Below, piece by piece: positions 27,454-37,339 of a DNA stretch of 64,000 nt (positions are counted from its first letter, which is position 1; each line of letters begins with the position of its first letter). Location of the stretch: the sequence record NC_010811.2, one strand, 5' to 3'. The notes below the pieces were generated by a model that saw only the letters and a list, made by a program, of their open reading frames with translations, was not told the origin of the DNA and did not search any database. Made by a program: the position numbers and the translations under genes.

Positions 27454-29505
27454 ATGCACTTCAAAGTCTTCAAGCGCGCGATCGCCGCGCAATACGCTCG
27501 TATGCAAGCGACGGGCGCCCTGTTCCGCACGGACACCAATCCGTACGAGCTGTGGGACAAGTATCTGGAATCGTTCCCCGAGGGCACGAACAACGTGTAT
27601 CGCACCCGCCGCGAGTACGACTGCAACTGCTGCCGTCAATTCGTCAAGGCTGTGGGCAACGTCGTCGCTGTGATCGACGGTCGTCTTCAGTCGATCTGGG
27701 ACGTGGATCTGAGCAAGGAACCCGGCTTCCAACCGGTAGCCGACGCGTGCTCGGCCCTCGTGCTATCCAAGCCCATCAACAACCACTTCCTGTGGTGGGA
27801 ACGCACGGCGGGCACCGACAAGAGCTTCGAGCGCCTGACCGAAGGGGTCCAGGAGTGGGATCACTTCCACGTGAATCTGGACACCAAGTATGTAGCGCAG
27901 CGAGACGAGATTCCCTCGCGTCTAGGTCGTTCGCGTGAAGGGCAGCAAGTGTTCGAGCGTGCAATGCGAGAGCTGACCGCTGACTCGATGGACACGGTGC
28001 TGGACCTGATCTCGCAGAACAGCCTGTATCGTGGCGAAGAGCATTCGTGGGTGGTCGGCCAGCTTCGCGGCCTGAAGGCTGAGTACGATGCGCTGCCCAA
28101 CGCCAAGGCCAAGCTGTTGTTCACGTGGGTGCGTTCGTGCTCGCTGAAGGAAAGCGTGTTGAAGGCGCGGAACAGCGCTATCGGCACGCTTCTGGTCGAT
28201 CTGTCGGCGGGCGTGGACTTGGAGGAAGCTATCAAGAGCTTCGAGTCCAAGGTGGCACCCGCCAACTACAAGCGCCCGACGGCCGTCATCACCAAGGCCA
28301 TGATCGAGAAGGCCAAGGCCACCATCGAGCAACTGGGGCTGACGTCGGCGCTGGATCGTCGCCATGCTACGCTCAGCGACATCTCGGTCAACAACATCTT
28401 GTTCGCCAACCGCGACGCCAAGCAAGTGATGACTGGCAACGTGTTCGACGAGCTGAGCGCCGAAACGTCCAGCCGTGTGCAGGCCAAGTCGCTGGACAGC
28501 GTTGAGGAAGTCTCGATCGAGAAGTTCGTGGCCGACATCCTGCCGCGTGTCTCGTCGATCGAAGTGTTGCTGGAAAACCGACTGCAGCCGAACCTTGTGT
28601 CGCTGGTCGCACCGTCGGACCCAACTTCGGGCAATCTGTTCAAGTGGAACAACAACTTCTCGTGGGCGTACGCCGGTGAAGTGGCTGACTCCATCAAGGA
28701 GCGCGTGAAGAAGGCAGGCGGGCGCGTGGAAGGTGATCTGTGCTGCCGCTTGGCGTGGGGCTACAGCGACGATCTGGACTTCCACATGTTCGAGCCGGAT
28801 GACGGCTCGTCGTCTCGCGATACTCACGTGTTCTACGGCAATCGTGGCATGCTCTCAGGGAACGGCGGCCTTCTGGACGTGGACGCCAACGGCATGGACG
28901 GCGTGCGCCCGGACCCGGTGGAAAACATCGTCTACGCAGATCGCAAGAAGATGCGTCCGGGTACTTACCGCCTCGCAGTCAACAACTACAATCGTCGCCA
29001 GACGGTCAAGACCGGCTTCGAGGTGGAAATCGAGTGCATGGGTCAGCGCTACAACATGGCGTTCGAGAACGCGGTGCCGCAGGGCAAGTACCTGGAGGTC
29101 GCGGAGATTGTGGTGCACAAGGACCGTACGTTGGAGGTCAACTGCAAGCTGCCAGCTTCCACCACTAGCCGCGAAGTGTACAGCCTGCCGTCGCAGACCT
29201 TCCACAAGGTGAACGTGCTGATGATGTCGCCCAATCACTGGGATCAGCAGGGCGTCGGCAACCGCCACTACTTCTTCATGCTGGACGGCTGCCAGACGCA
29301 GGACTCGGTGCGTGGCTTCTTCAACGAGTTCCTCAAGGAAGAACTGAACGTTCACCGCAAGGTGTTCGAAGTGTTGGGCGGCAAGATGCGCGTGACGCCC
29401 ACGCCCGATCAGCTGTCGGGTCTGGGCTTTAGCAGCACGCAACGCAACAGCGTTGTGTGTCGCGTGAAGGGCGCATTCACTCGTACGCTGAAGATCGCGT
29501 TCTGA
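27454..29505 (+). CDS. Large phage protein (683 aa) with a C-terminal YfaP/DUF2135-like domain
   Basis: YDCNCCRQF near N-terminus; LAW..SDDLDFH..EP...LLDVDANG...PVENI...GTYRLAVNNY. Confidence 0.6.
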   Translation: MHFKVFKRAIAAQYARMQATGALFRTDTNPYELWDKYLESFPEGTNNVYRTRREYDCNCCRQFVKAVGNVVAVIDGRLQSIWDVDLSKEPGFQPVADACSALVLSKPINNHFLWWERTAGTDKSFERLTEGVQEWDHFHVNLDTKYVAQRDEIPSRLGRSREGQQVFERAMRELTADSMDTVLDLISQNSLYRGEEHSWVVGQLRGLKAEYDALPNAKAKLLFTWVRSCSLKESVLKARNSAIGTLLVDLSAGVDLEEAIKSFESKVAPANYKRPTAVITKAMIEKAKATIEQLGLTSALDRRHATLSDISVNNILFANRDAKQVMTGNVFDELSAETSSRVQAKSLDSVEEVSIEKFVADILPRVSSIEVLLENRLQPNLVSLVAPSDPTSGNLFKWNNNFSWAYAGEVADSIKERVKKAGGRVEGDLCCRLAWGYSDDLDFHMFEPDDGSSSRDTHVFYGNRGMLSGNGGLLDVDANGMDGVRPDPVENIVYADRKKMRPGTYRLAVNNYNRRQTVKTGFEVEIECMGQRYNMAFENAVPQGKYLEVAEIVVHKDRTLEVNCKLPASTTSREVYSLPSQTFHKVNVLMMSPNHWDQQGVGNRHYFFMLDGCQTQDSVRGFFNEFLKEELNVHRKVFEVLGGKMRVTPTPDQLSGLGFSSTQRNSVVCRVKGAFTRTLKIAF

Positions 29506-29748
29506 TATGAGCGAGTGTAGGCCTCCGGCGGGCACGCTGCCGGATACCAATCACATTCTCACAGGCGGTCCGGACGACGCCTGGGAGCGATGGGCGCATT
29601 GGAGTGGTACAGGTTGGGATGGGCTGGTCTGGAATATGCGCGGTGCACCTGTTGAAGAGCGCCGCCACACCAGTCCCAAGTTTGCCTACGACGTAGGCTA
29701 TCGATACAAAGCCCCGATGGGGGCATTGCAAGTTACCGTTAAAGGAGA

Positions 29749-30162
29749 ATGACCATGGAACATCAATTCGAGAAGGCTTCGCGCCTGAAGCTGCGCTTTG
29801 AAACGGATATCGGCCAACTGTCGGTCGAAGACCTGTGGGAGCTGCCGCTGGAACGCAAGGGCAGCCGCCTGTCCCTGGACGAAGTGGCCGTCAACCTGCA
29901 TCGCCAGATCAAGGCCGCAGAAGAGACCCTGTCGTTCGTGTCCAACGTCGCCACGTCGCACACCTACGACCTGCTGCATCTGCGCTTCGAGATCGCCAAG
30001 CACATCATCCAAGTGCGCGTGGCTGAAAACGCGGCGCGTGCGCAAGAGCGCGAGAAGGCTGTGAAGAAGCAACAACTGATGGAAGTCCTGAGCCGCAAGC
30101 AAGATGCGGCGCTGGAGACCAAGTCGGCCGAAGAAATCCAGGCCATGATCGACGCGCTGTAA
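29749..30162 (+). CDS. Phage coiled-coil protein
   Basis: KASRLKLRFETDIGQLSVEDLWELPL; C-terminal EEIQAMIDAL. Confidence 0.7.
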   Translation: MTMEHQFEKASRLKLRFETDIGQLSVEDLWELPLERKGSRLSLDEVAVNLHRQIKAAEETLSFVSNVATSHTYDLLHLRFEIAKHIIQVRVAENAARAQEREKAVKKQQLMEVLSRKQDAALETKSAEEIQAMIDAL

Positions 30163-30169
30163 GGCGGCA

Positions 30170-30191
30170 GGGGCGGACTGCAGTCCGCCCC
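30170..30191. terminator. Perfect 22-bp palindrome after a stop codon
   Basis: GGGGCGGACTGCAGTCCGCCCC. Confidence 0.55.
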
Positions 30192-30203
30192 GTTGGAGAC
30201 CAC

Positions 30204-30617
30204 ATGGACAAGGAAGAATTCGTCAAGCGCTGGTCGTGGATCGATCCGATGCTTGACAGCAACAAGCTCACGTATCGTCTGGGAGTGGAACGACACGGTG
30301 AACACTACGCGGTACGCGGCGCTTGCCACAAGCTACTCCCGTATCTGACCCCGTGCCATTCGCAGTATCTGGAGCACACAGACGGCCACGACTGGGAACT
30401 GTATCGCGCAAGTCATCGGGGAACGGTCGACGGCGTCGAATATCTGTGGGGCATGTTCGTCGAAGGGCTTGGCATGTTCAACGTGATGGTGCCTGTTGAA
30501 CTGGCTCGTCCGCTGACCGCTGCCGAGCGCGAAGCGTGGTCCAAGGTCAAGCTGGGCATGTACGGTTCGCACTCGGGCAAGCTGTCATACACGATGCCTT
30601 CGGGCGTCACTGTCTAA
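30204..30617 (+). CDS. Hypothetical protein
   Basis: SD GGAG. Confidence 0.65.
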   Translation: MDKEEFVKRWSWIDPMLDSNKLTYRLGVERHGEHYAVRGACHKLLPYLTPCHSQYLEHTDGHDWELYRASHRGTVDGVEYLWGMFVEGLGMFNVMVPVELARPLTAAEREAWSKVKLGMYGSHSGKLSYTMPSGVTV

Positions 30618-30684
30618 GGACGTATCATGTACGTACAACATCACTACACCTGCTCTCGATTATTTTCAATTCGAGGAGCAGGCA

Positions 30685-30849
30685 ATGAGCAGGACTGTGA
30701 AAGGTAGCAAGGCACCGGGCTATGAGTACTGGAGCCGTCGGCCCAACAAGGGCGCACGTGGTGGCGTTGGTCGCTTCACCAAGCGCAAGACCCATCGAGC
30801 CGAACGCCAGCAAGGCAAGCGCGAAACGCGGTGCCCCAGCGACGAATAG
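30685..30849 (+). CDS. Small basic protein (54 aa, not in ORF track)
   Basis: SD GAGGAG; MSRTVKGSKAPGYEYWSRRP...KRKTHRAERQ. Confidence 0.6.
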   Translation: MSRTVKGSKAPGYEYWSRRPNKGARGGVGRFTKRKTHRAERQQGKRETRCPSDE

Positions 30850-30858
30850 TGGGTCAAA

Positions 30859-30918
30859 CCGGGTGTTGTAGATTCGCAACACCCGGCCCTTGCACGCCAC
30901 CGCCATTTCTGGCATAAT
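30859..30918 (+). promoter_or_regulatory. Repeated promoter module
   Basis: CCGGGTGTTG-TAGATTCG-CAACACCCGG hairpin (30859-30886), TTGCAC (30890) -N17- CATAAT (30913) with extended -10 TG. Confidence 0.8.
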
Positions 30919-30970
30919 GGCAGCAGCAAGTAGTACACTCGTTACGCACTCCTACCGAAAGGGAGCCCCC

Positions 30971-31261
30971 ATGCAAAGCCAAATCAGCCGCGAACTGCGC
31001 GCTACCCTTGCGCAATGCACCGCAGAGCTTATCCGTAGCGTTATCGGCACCAATCGCAGTTACTCCAACGCAGATCTAGCCGCACGCCGCTTGCGCGCCG
31101 CTCAGCATCTCTGGACTTTTCTGCGCACCGCGCACACCCTCCATCATGTGGAGCAAGCGTTGCACAGTGCCAGTCGTACTCTTACCCATCCGCTTGACGC
31201 TCCTGCGTTGCAACGCATCCAGCAGGTCGTCAGTTCGCAGTTCAAAGTTGACTTGCTCTAG
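30971..31261 (+). CDS. Hypothetical protein (probably early-expressed)
   Basis: Follows RBS stem-loop 30949-30965. Confidence 0.6.
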   Translation: MQSQISRELRATLAQCTAELIRSVIGTNRSYSNADLAARRLRAAQHLWTFLRTAHTLHHVEQALHSASRTLTHPLDAPALQRIQQVVSSQFKVDLL

Positions 31262-31269
31262 GAACCGTC

Positions 31270-31620
31270 ATGACCAAAAATCGCTACCCGGTGCGCGGCA
31301 CCAACTACACTCTCCGCCAGATTCTCAGTGAGCTGACGTTGGACGATAGTCCCAGCCTCAACTTCACGGTCCTCGGCGTGGACGGTGTGATTCAAACCTC
31401 GCACGTGACCGAAGAACAGATGCTGTCGGTGCCCTACATGGCGGACACGGTTTGGCAGTATGTGCGCACGACCCGCGAGTGGATTCCCATCTTCACTTAC
31501 GTCGGCAACGGCGACCTGCGTGAGGTCCTGGATTTGGAGCTGTGGAAGCGCGAAGAGTGGGAGAAGGATCGTCCCAAATTCTGGTGGGCAACTCCGAAAG
31601 GTTTCCCGCGTCAACAGTAA
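31270..31620 (+). CDS. Hypothetical protein
   Basis: 116-aa ORF with SD. Confidence 0.6.
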   Translation: MTKNRYPVRGTNYTLRQILSELTLDDSPSLNFTVLGVDGVIQTSHVTEEQMLSVPYMADTVWQYVRTTREWIPIFTYVGNGDLREVLDLELWKREEWEKDRPKFWWATPKGFPRQQ

Positions 31621-31629
31621 GGAGCAGAC

Positions 31630-31905
31630 ATGAACACCGAACCAAAGACTCGCGCGCTGATGGAGCGCGCTCTGCGCAAGTGTGATGTGCGCAAAATGCG
31701 TCGTGCCTTGAACATCGCACAAAAGCGATACACAGCGCAGGGTGAGTGGGTGAGCGCAGGCGCTGCACGGCTGGCCGCAAGTCGTGTTTCCCACCAGATC
31801 CGTCGCCTTCGCCGATTGATGGCAGAGGCCAAGGCCGACGGACTGAATGTCGACCTCTCGATTGAGGACGTCACGGTCAACATGTCGCTCACCGACGTCG
31901 GCTAG
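31630..31905 (+). CDS. Hypothetical basic protein
   Basis: SD AAGGAG. Confidence 0.6.
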   Translation: MNTEPKTRALMERALRKCDVRKMRRALNIAQKRYTAQGEWVSAGAARLAASRVSHQIRRLRRLMAEAKADGLNVDLSIEDVTVNMSLTDVG

Positions 31906-31906
31906 T

Positions 31907-32524
31907 ATGAATCTGTTCTGGCTGGATTTGGATCCGCGCATCAGTGCGCGTCATGCGTGCGATCAGCATAACAACAAGATGCTGATCGAGCACGCACAGA
32001 TGATTTGCACGGTGCTGCACGCGCTTGGCTATCGCCGCCTGCCAATGAAGTCGTTGGGCATGGGCAAGGAACTGCTTCAGTGGGTGTACGAGGACTTCGC
32101 CAACTTCGCGTATCTGCACGACCTGTCGTTCTACTACTTCCAGGAGTACTGTGCACGACATGGTAAAGACCAGCATCATGCGTGGCGCAAGATTGTGCTG
32201 GCGGTCGATCGTTGTGGTGGCATGCGTGCAATCCGTCGTGAGTTCCGTCGTCAGGGGCGTGACGCCAGCCGCGATGTTCGGTATTACGTAAATACAGAGC
32301 ACAACGCCCCGCTCTGGGCGTGTATCACAGTTCCTCCGCTGTACATGCCTGACGAGTTCAAGTACCGTCTTGTTGGCGACACGCAGCGTCGGTTGCGTGC
32401 TGTTGTGCGTTCGTATCGTCGCTTCTACACACTGTCCAAGTCAAGATTCGCTCGTTACTATCATTCTGCCCCGCCGCCGTATATGCGTGGCGCCTGCAAA
32501 ACGAAAACCAAGAACCGCTCATGA
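31907..32524 (+). CDS. Pyrimidine-dimer DNA glycosylase (DenV-like family)
   Basis: MNLFWLDLDPRISARHACDQHNNKMLIEHAQMICT...VRSYRRFY. Confidence 0.8.
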   Translation: MNLFWLDLDPRISARHACDQHNNKMLIEHAQMICTVLHALGYRRLPMKSLGMGKELLQWVYEDFANFAYLHDLSFYYFQEYCARHGKDQHHAWRKIVLAVDRCGGMRAIRREFRRQGRDASRDVRYYVNTEHNAPLWACITVPPLYMPDEFKYRLVGDTQRRLRAVVRSYRRFYTLSKSRFARYYHSAPPPYMRGACKTKTKNRS

Positions 32525-34398
32525 AAGTCACTGCTCAGAACCTGAACAAAGCGAAGAAGCTGTACAAGCAGGCGCGGGTCGCCTACTACGAAAAGGCCGA
32601 GATCATGACCGACGCTGAGTTCGACGCGTTGGAAGACAGCATCCGCCGCCTGGATCCCAAGTGGGACGAGCTCCAGAAGACTGGGACCAAGGTCGAGGTC
32701 AAGAACAAGAAGCAGGAAGTCAAGCTGCTTGAGTTCATGCCTTCCAAGAACAAGATCTACCCTGAGCACGTGGCAAAGTATGCTGCCAAGCACGCGTCAG
32801 TGGAAGTGTGGAATGTGAGCCACAAGCTGGACGGCACGAGTCTACAGCTCGCATATCGCGGCGGGCGCCCCTGGAAGTTGATCACGCGTGGTGACGGTGC
32901 ACTGGGCAAGGACATCTCGTTCTTCCTGCCCCATCTGGTGAAGATCGGCATGATCCCTGATCACATCAAGACCGATGCGTTGGTCGTCGTCTTCCGCTGT
33001 GAGGGCATCATGCCGGTGGCCGTCTTCGAGAAGAAGTGGGCGGGCAAGTACGACAACGCTCGTCAGCTGGCGAACGGCGTGTTCAACCGCCAGGACATGC
33101 ATCCGGCGCTGGCCGATGTGCATATGGTGGTGCTCAGTGTCTACGGCATGAAGCAGGGCGAAGGCATCATGTACGCCAAGCGACAGGGGTTCCATGTGGT
33201 GCCTACGCGAATGCTCAAGGGACGATTGGACGCTGAAGTGCTGACGCGCCTCCTGAACAAGGAGCGCGAGGCCTCCATCTACGAGATGGATGGTTTGATC
33301 CTGGTGCCGTCCCCGCGCATCATGTCGTACACGTCGCCGGATCGTCCGAAGGACATCACTGCGTTCAAGTTCAACGACGAAGAGAACGCAGCGGAAGTTC
33401 CCGTGGAAAGCGTCGTCTGGCAGAAGACTCGCTTGCATCGTTGGCAGCCCAAGATCACCATCAAGCCCACGTTCATGGATGGCGTGATGGTGACCAACGT
33501 CACGGCGCACAACCCTGCTTGGATGAAGGAACGCGGCATCGGGCCGGGTGCGATCGTCAAGGTGTTGCGCAGCGGCGGAGTCATCCCCAAGATTGTGGGC
33601 GTCGTCAAGAAGGGCAAGTTCCAGCCGCCGCCGGGTCCGTACGTGGAGGACGGTCGCCTGTTCCGCATGACCGAGGGCGACGCATCCACCGAAGTGCGAG
33701 GCATTCACCATTTTATGACGACGTTGGGTATCGAGCTGCTCGCGTCCAAGACCATCACCAAACTGTACGAGGAGGGCTTCACCACGGTGTACGACTACAT
33801 CGATCTGGCTATCAACGGCGATGAAGGTCGGCTGCAAACCGCAGGCATCGGCGTCAAGATGAGCCAGAAGATCCAGGCAGAATTGGAGCGTGTGCTGGGC
33901 TCCACCATCAACCTGCGCTTGCTCATGGTTGCCTCTGGCTGCTTCCGCGATGGCATTGGCCGTCGTAAGCTGGAAGCGTTGGAAGCGGCTGGCATCAGCA
34001 TGCGCTTCTTGCTGAAGTCCAGTGACTTCGCGCTGCGCGGTGAACTGTCCAAGGTCAAGGGCTTCTCCGACATCACCATAGAGGCCGTGATCGACGGAGT
34101 GAACGCATTCCGCAAGTGGTTCGACGAGGTCCGTGAACTCCTGGAGGTCGACGGGTCGCTGCCCAAGGCCAAGAAGGTGGTGACCGGCAAGCTCACGGGC
34201 CAGTTCGTGTCGTGGACCGGCTATCGCAACAAGGACGAAGAGCAGAAGGTAGAAGCGTGGGGCGGTACCATCGTGCCGTTTGGTAGCAAGACCACCATTC
34301 TTCTGTACAGCCCCTCGGGCAAGACCAGTTCCAAAGTCGAAAAGGCAGGATCCAAGGCTATGACGTGGGTCCAACTCACCAGCAAGTTCAAGATCTAA
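32521..34398 (+). CDS. ligA: NAD-dependent DNA ligase
   Basis: YYEK.EIMTDAEFDAL (Ia domain), HKLDG (KxDG), YEMDGLIL, AFKF, VLRSGGVIPKI OB-fold, HhH repeats, C-terminal BRCT-like region. Confidence 0.93.
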   Translation: MKVTAQNLNKAKKLYKQARVAYYEKAEIMTDAEFDALEDSIRRLDPKWDELQKTGTKVEVKNKKQEVKLLEFMPSKNKIYPEHVAKYAAKHASVEVWNVSHKLDGTSLQLAYRGGRPWKLITRGDGALGKDISFFLPHLVKIGMIPDHIKTDALVVVFRCEGIMPVAVFEKKWAGKYDNARQLANGVFNRQDMHPALADVHMVVLSVYGMKQGEGIMYAKRQGFHVVPTRMLKGRLDAEVLTRLLNKEREASIYEMDGLILVPSPRIMSYTSPDRPKDITAFKFNDEENAAEVPVESVVWQKTRLHRWQPKITIKPTFMDGVMVTNVTAHNPAWMKERGIGPGAIVKVLRSGGVIPKIVGVVKKGKFQPPPGPYVEDGRLFRMTEGDASTEVRGIHHFMTTLGIELLASKTITKLYEEGFTTVYDYIDLAINGDEGRLQTAGIGVKMSQKIQAELERVLGSTINLRLLMVASGCFRDGIGRRKLEALEAAGISMRFLLKSSDFALRGELSKVKGFSDITIEAVIDGVNAFRKWFDEVRELLEVDGSLPKAKKVVTGKLTGQFVSWTGYRNKDEEQKVEAWGGTIVPFGSKTTILLYSPSGKTSSKVEKAGSKAMTWVQLTSKFKI

Positions 34399-34409
34399 GG
34401 AAGGCAATC

Positions 34410-34670
34410 ATGAGCAGCCCGAAGCATCCTCAACAGCCCGTTGTCTTATCCAATGGCGTCGCTCGTTTCAAGGAAAACGCCATCATCTGCCACTTATTCG
34501 AATCAGGTAAGCTGGATCTCAACGAGTTAGCGCGCATGGAGTTCAGTGCTGAGGATCGCATGCAGATTGCTCAGCTCCTCGGTTACAGTCTCGTGGGCTA
34601 CAGTGACTTGTCTTACGCCACCGACGAGTCAGTGGAAGCCGCGTATAAGCAAGCAAAGAAACTCAAATAG
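34410..34670 (+). CDS. Hypothetical protein
   Basis: RFKENAII...DLNEL...QIAQLLGYSL.GY. Confidence 0.65.
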   Translation: MSSPKHPQQPVVLSNGVARFKENAIICHLFESGKLDLNELARMEFSAEDRMQIAQLLGYSLVGYSDLSYATDESVEAAYKQAKKLK

Positions 34671-34679
34671 GAGGGTGTC

Positions 34680-34910
34680 ATGCACCTAGTAATGACTATC
34701 GAGGAGTTGGAGGCGCTTGTCCCAACTCCTTCCATCGCGTGGGACATCGCAGGCATCGATCCGTACAAGCGATCGCAGGTGCCTGACACGCAGGAATTCA
34801 ACATCGACCTACGGACCCTGTACATGCACGGCATCGCCCGCATGGCCATCGTTCCACTGGTAGTAGAAGGCGCCGACACGTTGGCGTACACGCTGCAGGA
34901 TCGGTCATGA
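34680..34910 (+). CDS. Hypothetical protein
   Basis: SD GGAGG. Confidence 0.55.
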   Translation: MHLVMTIEELEALVPTPSIAWDIAGIDPYKRSQVPDTQEFNIDLRTLYMHGIARMAIVPLVVEGADTLAYTLQDRS

Positions 34911-35254
34911 AGAAGATGCAACTACGGCAGGTGGAAGCACCTCCAACGTTCCCCGTGATTCGAGTGTCACGGGCATTTGATCTGGAAGTGACGATCGAGG
35001 TGGAGCTCGCCACTCGCATCTCCAAGACCAGCGTCTGGCTGTGGACCGGCCTCCAAGAGGTGAAACGCGCTCGCATCACGCGCGACCGTCAATACTTCGA
35101 CGCTGAAGTTGAAGGGCCAGCGGCACACGCACTGATTCAGTCGTGGATCATCGCATGGCAGCAAGAATTGGATGCGGCACGTGCCAAGTCCAAAGCACTG
35201 GCTTCCAGTCTGCAAGCGTTCAAGACACGCGGCTACAAGATTCAAGGGCTCTGA
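34907..35254 (+). CDS. Hypothetical protein
   Basis: ATGA overlap. Confidence 0.55.
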   Translation: MKKMQLRQVEAPPTFPVIRVSRAFDLEVTIEVELATRISKTSVWLWTGLQEVKRARITRDRQYFDAEVEGPAAHALIQSWIIAWQQELDAARAKSKALASSLQAFKTRGYKIQGL

Positions 35255-35256
35255 TC

Positions 35257-35772
35257 ATGTCCATGTACACACAGTTCTGGGTTGGCTGTCGCCTGAAGGC
35301 GGATACACCCGCGACCATGGTGGCTCTTATCAAGGACCTGATCGGCGACAACCGACTGAAGTCGAAGCCCAATGGCTTCGCGGAAGAGATGGCGCGTAGT
35401 CCAGAAGGTGCTCGTTATCTGAGCGACCACCGCCATTTCTATCTTGGCCACCCAGTGCACTTCGGTTCAGGAGCCGAATGGTTGTTGGAAGAAGCCATCA
35501 AGGATCACGATCCCGAGGCGACCGACTGGGATTTCCACACGCTGGACGACGGTACGCATTTCCTGCTGATCGGCACGGTGGTACCCAACTATCAGGGCGT
35601 CCTAGAAAAATTCTTGGCCTGGATCGGCCCTTGGATCGTAGAACCCGTGGGTACCGAGATCGGCCAGTGTCTGTACGAAGAATACCAGAAGCCGTCACCT
35701 GTCGTGGTGGGTGAGGAACTCAAGACCGGCACGCGGTCCCGCGATGAAGGCGGCTGGTGGTGGCCCCAGTAG
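35257..35772 (+). CDS. Hypothetical protein
   Basis: MSMYT...NYQGVLEKFLAWIGPW...YEEYQKP. Confidence 0.65.
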   Translation: MSMYTQFWVGCRLKADTPATMVALIKDLIGDNRLKSKPNGFAEEMARSPEGARYLSDHRHFYLGHPVHFGSGAEWLLEEAIKDHDPEATDWDFHTLDDGTHFLLIGTVVPNYQGVLEKFLAWIGPWIVEPVGTEIGQCLYEEYQKPSPVVVGEELKTGTRSRDEGGWWWPQ

Positions 35773-35868
35773 TAAAGAGTAAGCACGGGGAGCATTCTAA
35801 GTTAGCCTCACTGATTAGTAGTATAGAGCAGTACAAAATTCAATCAACCCTATCTACATAGAGAGATC

Positions 35869-36954
35869 ATGAAGAAGACTATCATCATGTTCGCGGCTTG
35901 TGCCGCGTTTGCAGGAATGGCCTACGCAACTCCCGGCAACAACGGCGGCGGTAACGGTGGCTGCGGTGTCGGCCAGCAGACCAACGGTTGCGGTGGTTCG
36001 GGCGGTTCAGGTGGCACTGGCGGTACCGTGAACAACGGTGGCGCTGGAGGCAACGGCGGTAACGGTGGCGCTGGCGGTATGGGCGGTCAAGGGGGCGCGG
36101 GTTACGGTGGCACGGGTGTCGGCATCGGTGTTGGTGTGGGCATGGGCGGCAACTCGTCGTCGCACGCCACTGGTGGCAACGCCAACGCGACCGGCGGATC
36201 GGTCCTAGGTTCCGGCAATTCCAACAACCACAACACGCAGAATCAGTCGCAAGGTCAAGGCCAGTCGCAAGGCCAGATCGCCAACGGCGGATCGGTGATG
36301 GGTTCGGGCAACTCGGCCAATAGCAACCGGAACAACAACGAGAACAGCAATCGCAACAACAACGCGAATGCCAACTCCAACGTGAACGGCAACACGAACC
36401 TGAACGGCAACAGCAACCACAACCAGTCGTCCGCGTCCAACAGCAACGCGAACACCGCGCAGGGCGGCGCCGGTGGCAACGCCAGCAACACCAACACCAA
36501 CAGCAATGCGAACAACGGCAACAACAGCGCGCAGAACGTGTCGGTGTCCGGCGACACGGTGACGTACGAAGCTGCGAAGATTCCGGTGGCAACCGCCTAC
36601 GCGCCGAACATCTCGCCGACGGCAGTTTGCATGGGTTCGACCAGCGCTGGCGGTCAGGGCATGACCTTCGGTTTCTCCATCGGTAGCTCCTGGACCGACA
36701 GCAACTGTATGCTGCTGGAGCAAGTGCGCAGCGTGGCCGCTGTTCTCGGTGACAAGAGCACTGCTGCCGAAATGATGTGCGGGTTCGAATCGTATCGCGA
36801 AGCTCGTGCACGTACCGGCAATCCGTGCGGTGGCAAGGCGCCTGCCGCTACGACCTCGGCCACGACGCTGGATCCCATTATGACGGCGGCTTCCAAGCCG
36901 GAATACACGGATCCGATCGTTCGCGCGCGTCTGGGTCTGCCGCCGCTCAAGTAA
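35869..36954 (+). CDS. Secreted Gly/Asn/Gln-rich low-complexity protein with Cys-containing C-terminal domain
   Basis: Signal peptide; GGNGG, NSNRNNN and QSQGQGQSQ tracts; VCMGSTSAGGQG..FSIGSSWTDSNC. Confidence 0.8.
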   Translation: MKKTIIMFAACAAFAGMAYATPGNNGGGNGGCGVGQQTNGCGGSGGSGGTGGTVNNGGAGGNGGNGGAGGMGGQGGAGYGGTGVGIGVGVGMGGNSSSHATGGNANATGGSVLGSGNSNNHNTQNQSQGQGQSQGQIANGGSVMGSGNSANSNRNNNENSNRNNNANANSNVNGNTNLNGNSNHNQSSASNSNANTAQGGAGGNASNTNTNSNANNGNNSAQNVSVSGDTVTYEAAKIPVATAYAPNISPTAVCMGSTSAGGQGMTFGFSIGSSWTDSNCMLLEQVRSVAAVLGDKSTAAEMMCGFESYREARARTGNPCGGKAPAATTSATTLDPIMTAASKPEYTDPIVRARLGLPPLK

Positions 36955-36970
36955 GCTGTAATTGCGCAAC

Positions 36971-36994
36971 AGGGGACTTCGGTCCCCTCTTTCC
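36971..36994 (+). terminator. Rho-independent terminator-like hairpin
   Basis: AGGGGAC-TTCG-GTCCCCT then CTTTCC. Confidence 0.65.
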
Positions 36995-37009
36995 ATTGGA
37001 GCTTCATTC

Positions 37010-37336
37010 ATGAACAACATCACTGCCACTGACCTGTTCCTAGGGTGTGGAGGCTTCGCGGCCCTTCTCCTTCTCCTATACGTGATCTCCAGCACGATAG
37101 CCGAATGTCATCTGGATCGCTTCCTCACGGCGTACAACAGTCGCCTCCGGGCGCTCTATTCTGTAGGCTTCTACAAGAACCGGAGCGTGTTTCGCATCGA
37201 AGGGTCGCAGGTGTTGATTGAAACCGCTTCTCCCCTCAAGATGTTCTTCATCGTTCGTCGGTTGTACAGCGGTCAGCTGTCGCGGCACGCGCTCGAGATG
37301 CTGTCGGACACTCCCTTCTCAAAGCTTCCCTCCTAA
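37010..37336 (+). CDS. Membrane-anchored hypothetical protein
   Basis: N-terminal TM segment FAALLLLLYVISS. Confidence 0.55.
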   Translation: MNNITATDLFLGCGGFAALLLLLYVISSTIAECHLDRFLTAYNSRLRALYSVGFYKNRSVFRIEGSQVLIETASPLKMFFIVRRLYSGQLSRHALEMLSDTPFSKLPS

Positions 37337-37339
37337 GCC

